DNA of 59,277 bases, counting the filler, from Sphacelaria rigidula (lineage: Eukaryota): the NCBI GenBank assembly GCA_964200075.2. It is 7 parts of 7 records of this genome, joined end to end, with 100 filler letters (N's around TTAATTAATTAA, not from the genome) between each part and the next. Parts side by side here need not be neighbours in the genome. Positions count along the whole stretch, not along the records: positions 8,485 to 16,867 come from CAXNAA020011317.1; positions 16,968 to 25,350 come from CAXNAA020011318.1; 5 more parts are not named here. One strand, given 5' to 3'. Positions 11,876 through 23,610 of the stretch are shown one piece after another (the first letter of the stretch is position 1; every line of letters begins with the position of its first letter). A program made the position numbers and the translations under genes. The notes under the pieces were generated by a model. The model was not told the DNA's origin and ran no database searches. It worked only from the letters and a program-made list of their open reading frames with translations.

Positions 11876-13224
11876 AAGAGGTTTTGTAACCGGTCGTTGG
11901 AGACCCCCATGAGACGTTGACCGGTCATGAAAAAAGCGGATTTTTTTTCCGGTCTAACCATTTCACCGGAATACCGGTTTAACGTACGAAAAGAGGCGTT
12001 ATCAAGCCGGTTTAACCGGTTCAATTGCGAAGTTTGAAATTGGTGCCCGTAGCTCGTGGCGAAAGCGTGACACAACGTCACACGCTACCCTTCACCCTTG
12101 GACCGCGAGGGTAGTCTTCTGTTGAATCGGCATCAATTTCAAGTGTACAGAAGTACAATCCACAAAGACTAACCTCGCGGTCTAAGGGTTGAAACTTACA
12201 CACACTCAGCTCGCAGAGACCACAATACTGCGGATGTGGCAAACACACTTGCACACTCGAGACTGCCGCGAGGGTTGCTTTGGGGATATCATCGCGTACT
12301 ACCCTTCGATAAAGCCCTTCAGTGGTGGCGTCGGTAAATTTTGGTGAAATGAGCAGATAACCCTGAAAAAACAGCCTAAGTAGTGTTCCGCAGTGTTATC
12401 GGGCGATGGGAGCAGATACACCGTTTATAATGTGGGTATTACTGACGGTAAAACACCGTTATTCGGCTCTGGTGCAGTGAGAAGGTAGAATTCCAAAAAA
12501 ATTAAAGTGTACATTTCTTAACAACGATCGGGACAGGCTCAATCGACCTTGGATGCTGAAGAGTCATAATCTGTGGAGACTAACTGCAGGACCCCCGATG
12601 ACCGGTCAGCCCGTAAGTCACCCAATGTGGAGTGCAGATGATTTTTGTTAACATTGAACGTGGAGCGGATAAAAGTATCTTCAAATCTTGGTGTGATAGG
12701 GCGGTGACAAGCAGAAGAGACCGAGATTTTCGCCGATGTCGAAGAAATTAGAAAGAACGGTTCAGGTTCCCACTACGATCGACTACTTCGGACTAAAGTA
12801 CTTTCATTTTCGACTTTTGATACCCTGTGTCTGCCGGGGATGGGTGCAAGATTTGAACAGCAGCTGTTCACGTAATTACAAACACCATTTTCTATCACGC
12901 ATAAAACTCTTTGTCGCCAGTCGTCAACTACTGTGCTGTGAAGTTCGACAGGTGTTGCACGGGTGCGGAGTGAGGAGGTGTGAGATTGAACCTTGCCGTT
13001 ACCGGTAATGGGTGTGTTCGAAAGTATCCATCACCCACTACACACGAAACATGAGACAACAACGCCGAATCCACCTGCCTTTCAATGACTTGGAGGTGTT
13101 TTCCCTTGCTCATCCGGCTAAACTGGAAAAAAAAAACCCCGGTGTAACGGTTTTTGGTTTTCCACAATGATGCCTTCTCATCCGGTGACCGGTTCTTCGA
13201 TTTTCTTATCCGGTGCCACCTCTA
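11876..13224. mobile_element. Possible hAT-like non-autonomous element in RPL39 intron 2
   Basis: Ends AAGAGGT.../...ACCTCTA with (A)CCGGT-rich subterminal regions at both ends. Partial flanking duplication GTTCTGGG/GTTCTATT. Confidence 0.35.
12095..12188 (+). mobile_element. piggyBac-like MITE, copy 2
   Basis: Same TIRs and core (GAATCGGCATCAATTTC) as 4158-4254; degenerate TTAA flanks. Confidence 0.8.
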
Positions 13225-13987
13225 GTTCTATTTCTCTGTTGCTTCTTGCTCGTCCCATTGTGTTTGGTGTATCGCTTCATTTTTTTCGTGTCTTGAGAAA
13301 GGATTTTACTGGGATCACCGTTCTGACGGGAAATTTCGCCCTTTCCGCCCCAGAAGATGTGCAGTCAGTCAGTTCCATTTCATCCCATGTGTAGGGCATG
13401 ATCACCTAGTTCGGATTCGGAGTGGTTCATGAGTCGAAACATACCGCGAGAGCTATTCGAGGCGATCATCTTTGAGAGGTCATCAAATCAGGCATGTGAT
13501 GAAGTTCCTGTTCTTGATCTCCAGATGAACATGTGGGCGAAAACTAATCAGACGCTGAGCGCAAATGTACTGCTGGAGCAATCTTGTAAGATGTATCTCG
13601 GAAACCCAGTCCCTCCGCCTTCTTTCGTCTTCAGCGGGATGTGTATCGATGTATTGAATGGTTTCCTAGTTGTAGTACGTGAGCAAGCCCTTCCAGAATG
13701 CTAGTGTGTTGGCTGTCCAAGTTTTTTTTTTTTCCCGAACGACAGAGAGGCCATGACATCTAGTCGACCCGCTTCGAAGGATGTGCAACCTCACGCGGGA
13801 GCACGGGGTATGGGAACACTTCGGAGCCATTATCTTCTCTCATGTGCTACCCTCTTCTACTATAACGTTATACTTCATCGGATGAGTGACGTCACCGATT
13901 TGTCCATATTTCATCGTTCTCACCGAGTATCGTTCGTGTGCGATCGTACCCTCACCCCTCTGTACGTGAACCTTTATGTCGCCACAG

Positions 13988-14036
13988 CTACAACGCCAAG
14001 CGCCGCCACTGGCGCCGCACGAAGCTCGGCCTGTAG
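13988..14036 (+). CDS. RPL39: 60S ribosomal protein L39, exon 3
   Basis: CAG|C TAC AAC GCC...CTG TAG encodes (R)YNAKRRHWRRTKLGL*, and the phase matches exon 2. Confidence 0.96.
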
Positions 14037-17000
14037 AGCGTGCAATGCGCGCGTGTGCTGCAGGCATGGAGCACAAGGAGTAAAAGAGGCGGTCAAGATG
14101 GAGACGGATAGCTCACGGAAAATCTCGTGTTTTCGCCGTGATTTTCACAGTGATGCCATGGGTCCTAGTTGAATTCTAGTGCGTTTTTTTGTAAAAAAAA
14201 CTGCCTCCGTATTCGGTCGAGTTCCTTCTCTGCCGTCTTTCGCTCCTTCCTGCGACTGGCGAGTGGCCTGCGTTCTTTGATTCGGGCTTGTAGTACCGCG
14301 GTGGGATAGGTCAGTTTCCAAGAACAATATTTCGGAGATCCACACATATGTTTTTTTTCGCGATTTGTATTTCCTGTTCTGGTGACAACGCGGTTTGTCA
14401 TCTGCAGCATGGGATCAGATTTTTTCGCTCGCAAGCCTTCGCAGCGGTGTCTCACTTCCCCCTGAGTCGGTTGATGCAGTCGGTCTCTGTAGAGGATCGT
14501 TGCTTTTTTTTGCATCGTGCCTCGATGTGCCCTCATCTGTGTCTCGACACACGACTGCACTTGTTGGGAGGGCTGTACAACATGCGATGGTAACCAGCGA
14601 TGCTGCCCGCGTGCTACACGGCGCGTCATGTACGGCGAGTACGGAGTTGTCCCTGTTGCCTGGTTCCAAGTTTGTGCTACCAGACTGACATGCCCAGCTA
14701 TGCCACCTCCTCCCATATCCCCTGAGCGTTCGCCACGGCAGGGGTTGCTCCGCGTCCTCACGTGTGTACTCAACCCACACTCCCGTGCGAGACTCGAGTC
14801 CTCGTCCCCGCGATTTGTTGTGACGTTCGTAACGATGAAACTCTGTGAGTAGGAATTTCGTTTGTGTGAGCTGGTCGATCATTGCCATGGCTGAACATAC
14901 TGAAACCCCAAGCCTAATCGTGGGCACACCGAGAACCCCCGGGCGAGGTTTGGGGGTAAAAGAGTTTGCAAGAGTGTGCGTCGGCGGAGTCAAAATCAGC
15001 GCCTAAAAAAGCGTTTTCGTGGGATTCAAAGGTACCGCGCGGATTGAGGGTGGTTTTCATCATTTGCTTCAACTTGGCCAATTTCTCATTCCGTATGCGC
15101 TCTTCTCTGCCTCCATCACAGCCGTGTGCTTTCAGTTACACGCGGATATCCTACTCGGGGATATCACGGGCCTTAGTGGCGAGCTACTACGAGATAATAT
15201 CGGGCCTCGTGTAGGGGTATTTCGGAACTGAAACGAGAAATTCACTCCATGACCGCATTTCACTTTCAATCTTGGGAAAACATCGCTCTATCGCGTCCTG
15301 CGAACTATGGGCAGGAATGTGAGTCTGTTGGCGCTCGGAAGATTCGAATACTGTGTGGTCTCCGCTGGAACCAAGAATTTGACTGATCAAGGATTCTGTC
15401 CAGCATCCCGACCCGATAGTTTGAAGCACGAGCAAGATCAACGACGTATGTCTCATTCGTTTTGTGGTCTTGGCAATTGACCTGTGACGAAACGCGTCAG
15501 CACCTGGGCAGCACAGGAAAATGATTTGTCTCGACCCCCTTCACTAGAGAGCACGCGACTCATTTGCACGATCCTCGTAAAACTGCACATCCTGGACTAT
15601 GCAGCATGGTCAATAGATGTAATTGACGAGAAGTATCCTTGGAGTATATACAGGCCCCTTGCAACTGTTGCCGGCCCACAATAGCCACAGCAGGCCCACA
15701 CTTGATGGGAGTACGTTTCTTGTCTATAGCTACCACTGACCATGTATCGTCGAAGGTGTGCGATATTGATTCCCTCCAAGGGTTACATCAGATCCACTTT
15801 TTTCCCGCGAATTGCAGCTTGGAAGATCAGGTGACAAATTCATGAACTTGAGTAGGATAATGATGGTGATCGCGGGGTGCCGTGATGTAATCGTGGAGCC
15901 GGACACCGGAGAAAATTAACGCCAGATCATATGAAAAGGAGGCGAAGCGAAGTGTCGTTTTTGTCGGAGGACTAGTCATCTGGTTGAGGTAATCCTTTGA
16001 GCGCAGGGGTCACTGCACTTTCGCAATTGATATATTGGGCGAACAAGACGGTCAGGGCTCATCGTTGAACGGGCTAATCTGAAGTAAGGGACGCGCTAGT
16101 TTTTTTGGAACGAAATAATTTTTGATTTCTCCACAGAGATGCAGTGGGTCTATCCCGTGACATGAAAACGTGGCTGGCCGATTGTTCACTCCTTAGGCGT
16201 GATCTATGCCAATTTTTCAATCCTCTCGCCCCTGGCGTGTAACATGTGTGCCGTGACGACTACCGACAGCCATCACGCAAACGCGCGGTCTGGGCCAAAC
16301 CTCCGGGGGTGGCGGTTGCGTCGACTTCTCCCATATAACTGAACGGGTTTCATCACGAGGCGTGTGGTTTAAACATTTATCTCACACCCCTTTCGATGGA
16401 GGGGAGTGTGATGAGCCATTCACCCCCCACCCCGCCCACCCCATTCCAAGTTTTTGGGCCAAACTCGGGTACGGATTGTTCGAAGCTGTCTTCAAGTCAC
16501 ATGCAGATTTTTTACATAGTTTTCCTCGATGGTGGCCATACTAATCTCCTCGTGTCATCTGTCTTCTCCCGTCTTGTCCTTTATTATCTTCTCTCTTCCT
16601 TTCTTTCGGTGTGCAATTACAGATCTGGCGTTTGTTGTTTGTTCGTTTGCTTTTCTTTATTTCTTTTCTCTCCCCGTTGAACTCAGGCGAACTACTTCTC
16701 ACCGGTTTCGTGGCGTCTCTCTTCTTATTTTCATTTTTGGCAATGTGTCTGGTAAGGGATACAGTAGCAGGGACGGTATTGGAAAGGCGAGCCTACGCCT
16801 AACAGTGTTTTCGTGAGATTGAGAGTAGATGATATGATTGAGAGCGGCTTTGATCATTCGCTTCAAGNNNNNNNNNNNNNNNNNNNNNNNNNNNNNNNNN
16901 NNNNNNNNNNNTTAATTAATTAANNNNNNNNNNNNNNNNNNNNNNNNNNNNNNNNNNNNNNNNNNNNGCGCACAGCGTCATCTTTTTGGCCGCCGTAGGG

Positions 17001-17189
17001 CTGCGTGCCGATGTTGCCCTTCTTCCTGATTGGCTGGGCTGGGGGGGGGGGGCGGTACGCCGCAAACCAATAGCCTCATGCTTGGCCAGGAAGTCGACGC
17101 ACGAAGGAATAGTTGATGCATCTGGTGTATTTCGACACAATTTATCGCCGTACTGCGATTGTCTAGCTCGTACAGCTGCAGCTTGTGAA

Positions 17190-17289
17190 CCCTTAGACCG
17201 CGAGGGTAGTTCATCTCGATCATGACTACTTTTTTTCAAGCGAAAATTGATGCCGATTCAATAGACTAACTATTCTCGCCGTCCAAGAG
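17190..17289 (-). mobile_element. piggyBac-like MITE, copy 3 (diverged)
   Basis: CCCTTAGACCGCGAG start; core AAATTGATGCCGATTC in reverse orientation. Confidence 0.75.
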
Positions 17290-17477
17290 TAAACAAACGG
17301 AAGACTGAGAGTTCGATTCTGGGCTGATTCATTTTGGCGCTGTTCTTGAAAATATCTGACACCCGCTGTTGGAAAAGCGAGGACCAGAGGGGTGAAAAGA
17401 GCTGGTTCGACTGGAATCGACGCGATGCGGTAGTGTCAATGCGATCCACGATACCAAAATGTAAGGCGAGTACTGCC

Positions 17478-17482
17478 AGAGA

Positions 17483-17518
<36 letters not shown>
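17478..17518. repeat. (GA)n microsatellite
   Basis: Read directly. Confidence 0.95.
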
Positions 17519-17521
<3 letters not shown>

Positions 17522-17865
17522 GTTTGATCCTTCAAGACCATCGATTTGCCCCGAGCAAGGGGAGGGGTTTCAAGAGTGTGACGGAAGGGGGAAAGAAAAA
17601 AATGACCACGCTCAACATAGCCTCACAACACCATCGACCAGTTCTCACAGCATGCCGAATAGGATCGTTATTATCGACATGCTTTTTCTCAGTATGTGCC
17701 GTTCATGTTTTACTCCCTTTCTCGTTGCTGTTGTTGTTGTGTACCTTGTCTACCTGCACTTTTGCTCCCATTTTCCCGCTTGTATTCTCAGCGAGTATTC
17801 TTGCTATCGCGGACTGGGTCAGCACCCCCGCACCGCTTGGACCCCCGTCCAATAAACTCTCCACA

Positions 17866-19955
17866 CGTCGGACGAGTCATTACTCGTCGAAACGAGTGTA
17901 CTCGTGGATGTTTTTCGAAAACACAACGAGCAAGACTCGTGCGCTCGAGCCATTACTTCCTTTTACAACGAGCAATGACTCTAGTGCTCGCCCTATTAGT
18001 TTGTTTCCACAACGAGCAATGACTCGAGTGCCTTCTCTATTAATATTTTTCCACAACGAACATGACTCGAGTGCTCGTCCAATTAGTTTGTTTCCACAAC
18101 GAGCAATGACTCGAGTGCTCGCCCTACTGATCCTTTTGCATGAGACCGACTCCCCACTAACACGAGGTTGACCATGTCTTCGTGAAATAATAAAAAATAA
18201 GTCAGGGAGCGACCTGCCCAGTCACGGCGAGGCGAAAATTATCGACTAGACCCGAACGACCAGCGCGGGGACTGTTGCCGAGTGTGATGTCACTGCAAAG
18301 ATAGTGTGGGGGCCCTATCCCTGGCCCAGATAAGCCTTCCCAGGATTCTAAAACCAGGGTGCTCGGAGCATGGCTTATCTTATTACTTCCACTCAGTATA
18401 GCGTTACCGGGGTTTCCCAGGAGTCTTTTGGGGTCGCCAACCTATAATAAAACGTAGTAATTACACTAACAGAGGGTGGAGTGGGAAAACCGGGAAGGAG
18501 CGTACATGCCACAAAGTGGTCAATTTCACGAGGCACTAAACCCAGGTGGGCCGTGAAAAGACAAAAGGAGCTACCGTCAAGAATGATTCTGCTTATCCCT
18601 CTGCTGATGACTTGCAGAACACTGTGAACATGTATGTAGTGAGCGGGGATGAACAAGCTGTGTATAGACAGCTGATCTCCGTCGCTGAGAACTGCTCAGA
18701 ACGTGCAAGGGAGTATGCAGCGGGAGCTGCTGCTGCAGTCGGAGAGGCGTACTACACTTACTGTACTGTACTTACTCTACTCTACTCTATGTATGTGCGC
18801 CGCAACGCCCATACCCTTTGAAGACAATTTGTATATTGCAACAAAGAGGGAAATGGCGGCCCAACCCGACCACGAAGGGCTGTGTGGCAAGGTGATGGGA
18901 ACATCATTATCATCCAAGGCCACAAGTGGCGGGCGGTCCGCCGGTCGCCGCATCCCGCTGAAAGCTCTCTACCGCGCCCATACTGCTTGCTACATCAGAT
19001 GTACATTACCTAATGCACACCCTGCACCTAAAGATAGATTGGATGAAAAATTCGGTCTTCCTCATAATTCCGGGGATACATACGCGGATTTTCAGCAACA
19101 TGCCACTGTTTCGTGCAGACGTCAGGCACGTCATTCCTAACCAGCCTCATTGGTCGTTCTAGGGTCCCGGTCCTACAGGGGTTAATTTTTTCCACAACGA
19201 GCAATGACTCGCGTGCTCGCCCTATGAATATTTTCCCCCAACGAGCGATGACTCGTGTGCTCGCCCTATTATTTTTTCCACAACAAGCAATGACTCGTGT
19301 GCTCGCCCTATTATTTTTTCCACAACAAGCAATGACTCTAGTGCTCGCCCTATTATTGTTTCCCACAACGAGCAATGACTCTAGTGCTCGCCCTATTATT
19401 TTAATGACTCGTGTGCTCGCCCTATTATTTTTTCCACAACAAGTAATGACTCGTGTGCTCGCCCTATTATTGTTTCCCACAACGAGCAATGACTCTAGTG
19501 CTCGCCCTATTATTTTGTTTCCACAACGAGCAATGACTCGAGTGCTCGCCTTATTATTTTGTTTCCATAACGAGCAATGACTCGAGTGCTCGCCTTATTA
19601 TTTTGTTTCCACAACGAGCAATGACTCGAGTGCTCGCCTTATTATTTTGTTTCCATAACGAGCAATGACTCGAGTGTTCGCCCTATTATTTTGTTTCCAC
19701 AACGAGCAATGACTCGAGTGCTCGCCCTATCATTTTGTTTCCACAACGAGCAATGACTCGTGTGCTCGCCCTATTATTTTGTTTCCACGACGAGCAATGA
19801 CTCGAGTGCTCGCCCTATCATTTTTTCCCACAACGAGCAATGACTCGAGTGCTCGCCCTATTAATTTTGACGACCAACGAGCGGGTCAAGATTTTGACGG
19901 CCAACGAGTAGGTCAACGATTGCGAGTGCCACGAGTCACTCGTGCTCGTCCGACG
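17866..19955. repeat. TIR-bounded array of about 20 copies of a 42-44-bp hairpin repeat, split by a piggyBac-like insertion
   Basis: Unit CCACAACGAGCAATGACTCGAGTGCTCGCCCTATTATTTTGTTT: about 5 copies at 17921-18127 and about 15 at 19192-19862. Ends are CGTCGGACGAG (17866) and CTCGTCCGACG (19945-19955). Confidence 0.9.
18131..19181 (-). mobile_element. About 1.05-kb piggyBac-like non-autonomous element, diverged copy
   Basis: Colinear in reverse with 40485-41537; right end ...CCGGTCCTACAGGGG|TTAA. Confidence 0.85.
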
Positions 19956-20476
19956 CATGTAACTCCCTCTTTGCTGCTCACATGCTCATAGTCTCAACGG
20001 TGACAATCAGACGCGTATATGAGACAAGAATTCAAACGGGCCAACCAGGATTCGAACTCCCGCATTCTTCCTACTTGCATGTTTCCTCACAGGAAGGAGG
20101 AAACCTCGACCAACACTTACCCCGCGAATGGGTTCGTGTGTCAAATACCCTAGGCTCGGCTAGACCGCCTCGCGGCACTCATGTGGGGCAGGCGCCTCAA
20201 GTGTTCGGAAAGTTTTGTTCAAGTTAATGCAGGCGTTGAACCCATTAGAAGCCCCCGTCAACTTGGCGCAGTTCACGCGCTGCCCTGCTCTTCTGCGCTT
20301 CGGCCCTGGTTCTTCCGACCTGATCATCTCGAGTTGTCACATGAGACACCGGGGCGCGTCGGTCACATGCACATATATACATATATATATATATATTCAT
20401 GTGTGTGTGTCATATTCCGTTCATAGGCCGGGCAAAACCCTCGTCGCACATGCAATCCAAATGAGTTTGCGTGTAC

Positions 20477-20609
20477 CTGGGAGGCGTTCTGTGTCGACCG
20501 GGAAAGGGAAATCGTTGGCAGCATCCTTCACCAACGGATCCGGCGACTCCAGCCGGATTGATCCTGTAGGGCACGCCACCATCGCGCGGTAGGCTCCGCG
20601 TTTATCCTC
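20477..20609 (-). CDS. Ferredoxin-like/metallo-beta-lactamase-fold protein, exon 3
   Basis: CAG|GAG...CCA G|GTACAC encodes EDKRGAYRAMVACPTGSIRLESPDPLVKDAANDFPFPVDTERLP, including the CPTGSI ferredoxin half-motif. Confidence 0.85.
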
Positions 20610-20993
20610 CTGCAGTCATTTTCCAATGCAGTTAGTTGGGTAGATAGGTGAGTTGCATAATATCAAGTGTGGCCGTCTGCTCTGGGCCTGCTGCGCAAGC
20701 GACGAACAGGATAGTGATGGCTGTTCACACTGCAGGTAGTCTGTAAATCCGACAGACTTGACGTGTAGTTGGTCCTCATGAAATCATCGTGGATATAGCA
20801 TTGGCGGATCAAACGCTTACTTTAGGTTTTTGTGTGCAAGCAACAGGCTCGGTTGCCGACAGAAACGCCCAACCATATAGTACAAACAATACAGTTAGCA
20901 AAGCCCGTCTCCATCGTCCAGGGTGAGCTTCAGCGTGCGTAAAGGACCCAAACTTGTTGGCGGCTTACAGAACAGCAAGGACGGAAAACTCGC

Positions 20994-21108
20994 CTCAGTC
21001 TCCGGTTGTCGAATGACGGCCGATTTCCCGCCCGCGCTGACAAACGTTGAGCCTTGCATCCATCTACACGTATCACAGTCGATGCACGACTCGTCCACGA
21101 AAAGGTTT
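20994..21108 (-). CDS. Ferredoxin-like/metallo-beta-lactamase-fold protein, exon 2
   Basis: Encodes NLFVDESCIDCDTCRWMQGSTFVSAGGKSAVIRQPETE, with the CxxCxxC motif of the cyanobacterial/plant ferredoxin-MBL family. Donor is GAG|GCGAGT. Confidence 0.85.
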
Positions 21109-21499
21109 CTGTTACATACTCAGACGCGCGAGACATCACCCACCGGGAATGCGTGCAAGGGAGACAGGAGAGGGGCACAAAACGTCGTGCGCTGGCAGAT
21201 TTCCGCAAGATTTTCTGAACGGCACGAGTTTCAGAGCCGCCAACACAACAGTCTACCAAAAAACCCGTGGCTGGTCGTATCATGTGGAGGTCTTATCTTC
21301 TGGAATCTACACGGGACGTACCATACGTCACTCCGCCGCGAACGCAAATGACTCGAAGCTCCCGTAGCAATGAATCCTGCAAAATCTCGCTGAGTACTTT
21401 TGTCAAAGAAAAAAAATGCTCGACATTCCATTTCGCACGGGACAACAAACGCAAAAAATTGTCGCAGCACTGCATGAAAAACCCTTCGTTACCACTCAC

Positions 21500-21840
21500 C
21501 CGTCAACGTTTTGCGTCCGCCTTGCTTTGGCTGCCTTGCTGGCCACCATAGAGACGACGGTTTCACCCAACCCACCGCTGGCACGCCGTCGCGGGCCAGC
21601 AACCGACGCCCAAAAGCCATGACTGACGGAGAGAGGAGTGGAGACGAGAGGAGTGGTGACGAACCCAGCCGGGTTGCTGACGCTGCCTGGACGTAACGAT
21701 GATGATGGCTGTGCTATACATGCAGGCGGCAAAGTTGCGCCAGCTGCCGCTGTAGAGCACAACAAGACCATACCCGCGGCAGCGGCGGCGGTAGCGACCT
21801 CGTAGGAACGGCTGCGTTGTTTCTGTCGCTGCTGGACCAT
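21500..21840 (-). CDS. Ferredoxin-like/MBL-fold protein, exon 1 (targeting presequence)
   Basis: MVQQRQ...hydrophobic stretch...S/R-rich transit-like region...ARRTQNVDG|GTGAGT. Phase 2 joins exon 2, giving RRTQNVDGNLFVD as in family homologues. Confidence 0.75.
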
Positions 21841-22947
21841 AATGCTGATGATGTTGAACAGCACTGGCCCTTCGTTGTTGTCGTTGCGTGCGGTGCCGGC
21901 GCTTAACGTACCGTCCTGCGGGCGTCGAAGGCATGAGGAATCACGGGAACATACATGTTCAATACACTTCTCGTATTTTCTTCTCCTTTATTCCTACATT
22001 CCGCCCTCTTCTCGAGCGTTTCACGTAACGAGCGTGTCCGCCCTTTTACCATGCCCACGTCTACTACATCTTGGGCACGTGACGGACCAGTTCATGTGCG
22101 TCTATCGACAGACCGAACGCGGACCGACCAAGCAACCTATCGACTGATTCTACAACGCAAACAGCAAGAGAAGAGAGAAAAATTCACGGACGCGGTGGGG
22201 AATGGGGTGCGTGCGCTCCACCGACACCGACTGTGTGTTTGCACCGCTGATGGGGCCCCAGTGATTGGTGCACTGTAATAGTTCATTTGGCGCCGTTCTT
22301 GGACACAACCGACCGAACAGACAGTTGTGTGCATGTGTACCTATATATATATATATACAAAGGTTTGAGCGTGATTTGTGCGTTCTTACAATCGATCGCC
22401 GGGTAGCAGTCCTGGGTTTCACACACCCACCGCAGCCGCAGCAGCAGTAGCAACGAACATAATATCTTCCACTGCTGCATTAATGCAGATACACAGTGCA
22501 TCCGTACAGCCAGACCGTTCTACTCCTACTGCAGTTGTGCCGCCGTACGGTACGCTGTGTGCGCGTACGGTGGCTCCTTGTTTCCGGTACAGTTGTACCG
22601 TCTGCACTGCGGTAGTGTGGCTTCCTGTCGCAAAAAACGCCAATCCCTCGCTCTACTGTACAAACCCAGCCCGCCACTACGTAACATAAAAGCTTGAGGC
22701 CTTACAATGTACCCGCTCCAAGCTGTATTTCTTATAGATTGCTCTGCTTCGCATCGCGCTTCCAATTTTCCTATTTTTTCATAGAGTGGAATTAAATGTA
22801 AAAGGAACACAAGAGACAAATGCGATTTACGAAGAGGAGGGAGAATGGCATACAATTTCAAGAATGGACGGGAAGAAAACAAGATCCATAAATTGACGGT
22901 AACAATTGATCGTGCATTGCAGCACGCAAATTCCAGACATAATCGAT

Positions 22948-23610
22948 CTAGTCCGAACGACGACCTTCCACGTGCGCAAGGGCGCGCAGGAAGGCGGAGC
23001 TAAGACCAGAGTCGTCGCTTGGCAAGTGCCCGGTAGGTCCCCCCGATCTATCGCTGGCCATTACTAGTAGAGCCGTCTTGAGATACACGTACGACACTTG
23101 TTTCCCGGAATGCCAGTGGGCATCGAAGGAGGGAGACCCGGTAGTGCTACCTCCAGTAGTGCAATCGTACTTGAGCCACTCCCCTTGCAAACGGAACTGC
23201 GTGACGTAGTGGGCGCCCGCCCAGATGTGGTACACAACGGAGACCAAGGAGTACTCTACGCCTAAAGAGAGAGTCTCGGACGCGTCTGGGGGGACGCCAA
23301 CGACTGCGTCGACGGCAACAGCACTCGACAAAAGAAATAGGCGGTCGGGGGTGTTGATAGCCGAGAAGGGCGGCAAATTCCAGAAACACATGTCCGATAG
23401 GATAATCCCGCATGAAGGACAAACTCCAGGCTCGGGGTTAGAAAAGCCAAGACAAGTACCCCCCAAAAATAAATCAACCACGGCAGCCTGCAGAATTCTA
23501 CTATTGCCGTGAGGAACCATGAAGATAGCATTTCTCAACGTGCGTGCACTTCTGGGCTCCAAGTTTTTGAATTTGCGCCTTTCATCGGATACTGGACGGG
23601 TTTCCGTCAA
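22948..23610 (-). CDS. Peptidase C19 (USP)-like C-terminal fragment
   Basis: YSLVSVVYH-x5-HYVT-x7-WLKYD ... YVYLK matches the USP His-box layout. No clear Cys box in the ORF. Confidence 0.5.
   Translation of the reverse strand: MTETRPVSDERRKFKNLEPRSARTLRNAIFMVPHGNSRILQAAVVDLFLGGTCLGFSNPEPGVCPSCGIILSDMCFWNLPPFSAINTPDRLFLLSSAVAVDAVVGVPPDASETLSLGVEYSLVSVVYHIWAGAHYVTQFRLQGEWLKYDCTTGGSTTGSPSFDAHWHSGKQVSYVYLKTALLVMASDRSGGPTGHLPSDDSGLSSAFLRALAHVEGRRSD

Noticed and set aside
14800..16000. Ulp1-like protease remnant (TWSVVAIDKKR) on the minus strand
   Set aside because: A single weak motif amid stops, with no catalytic His or Cys; cannot be supported.
17921..19862. CRISPR array
   Set aside because: Linkers are only 12-14 bp, T-rich and near-identical rather than unique spacers. 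There are no cas genes and the context is eukaryotic.
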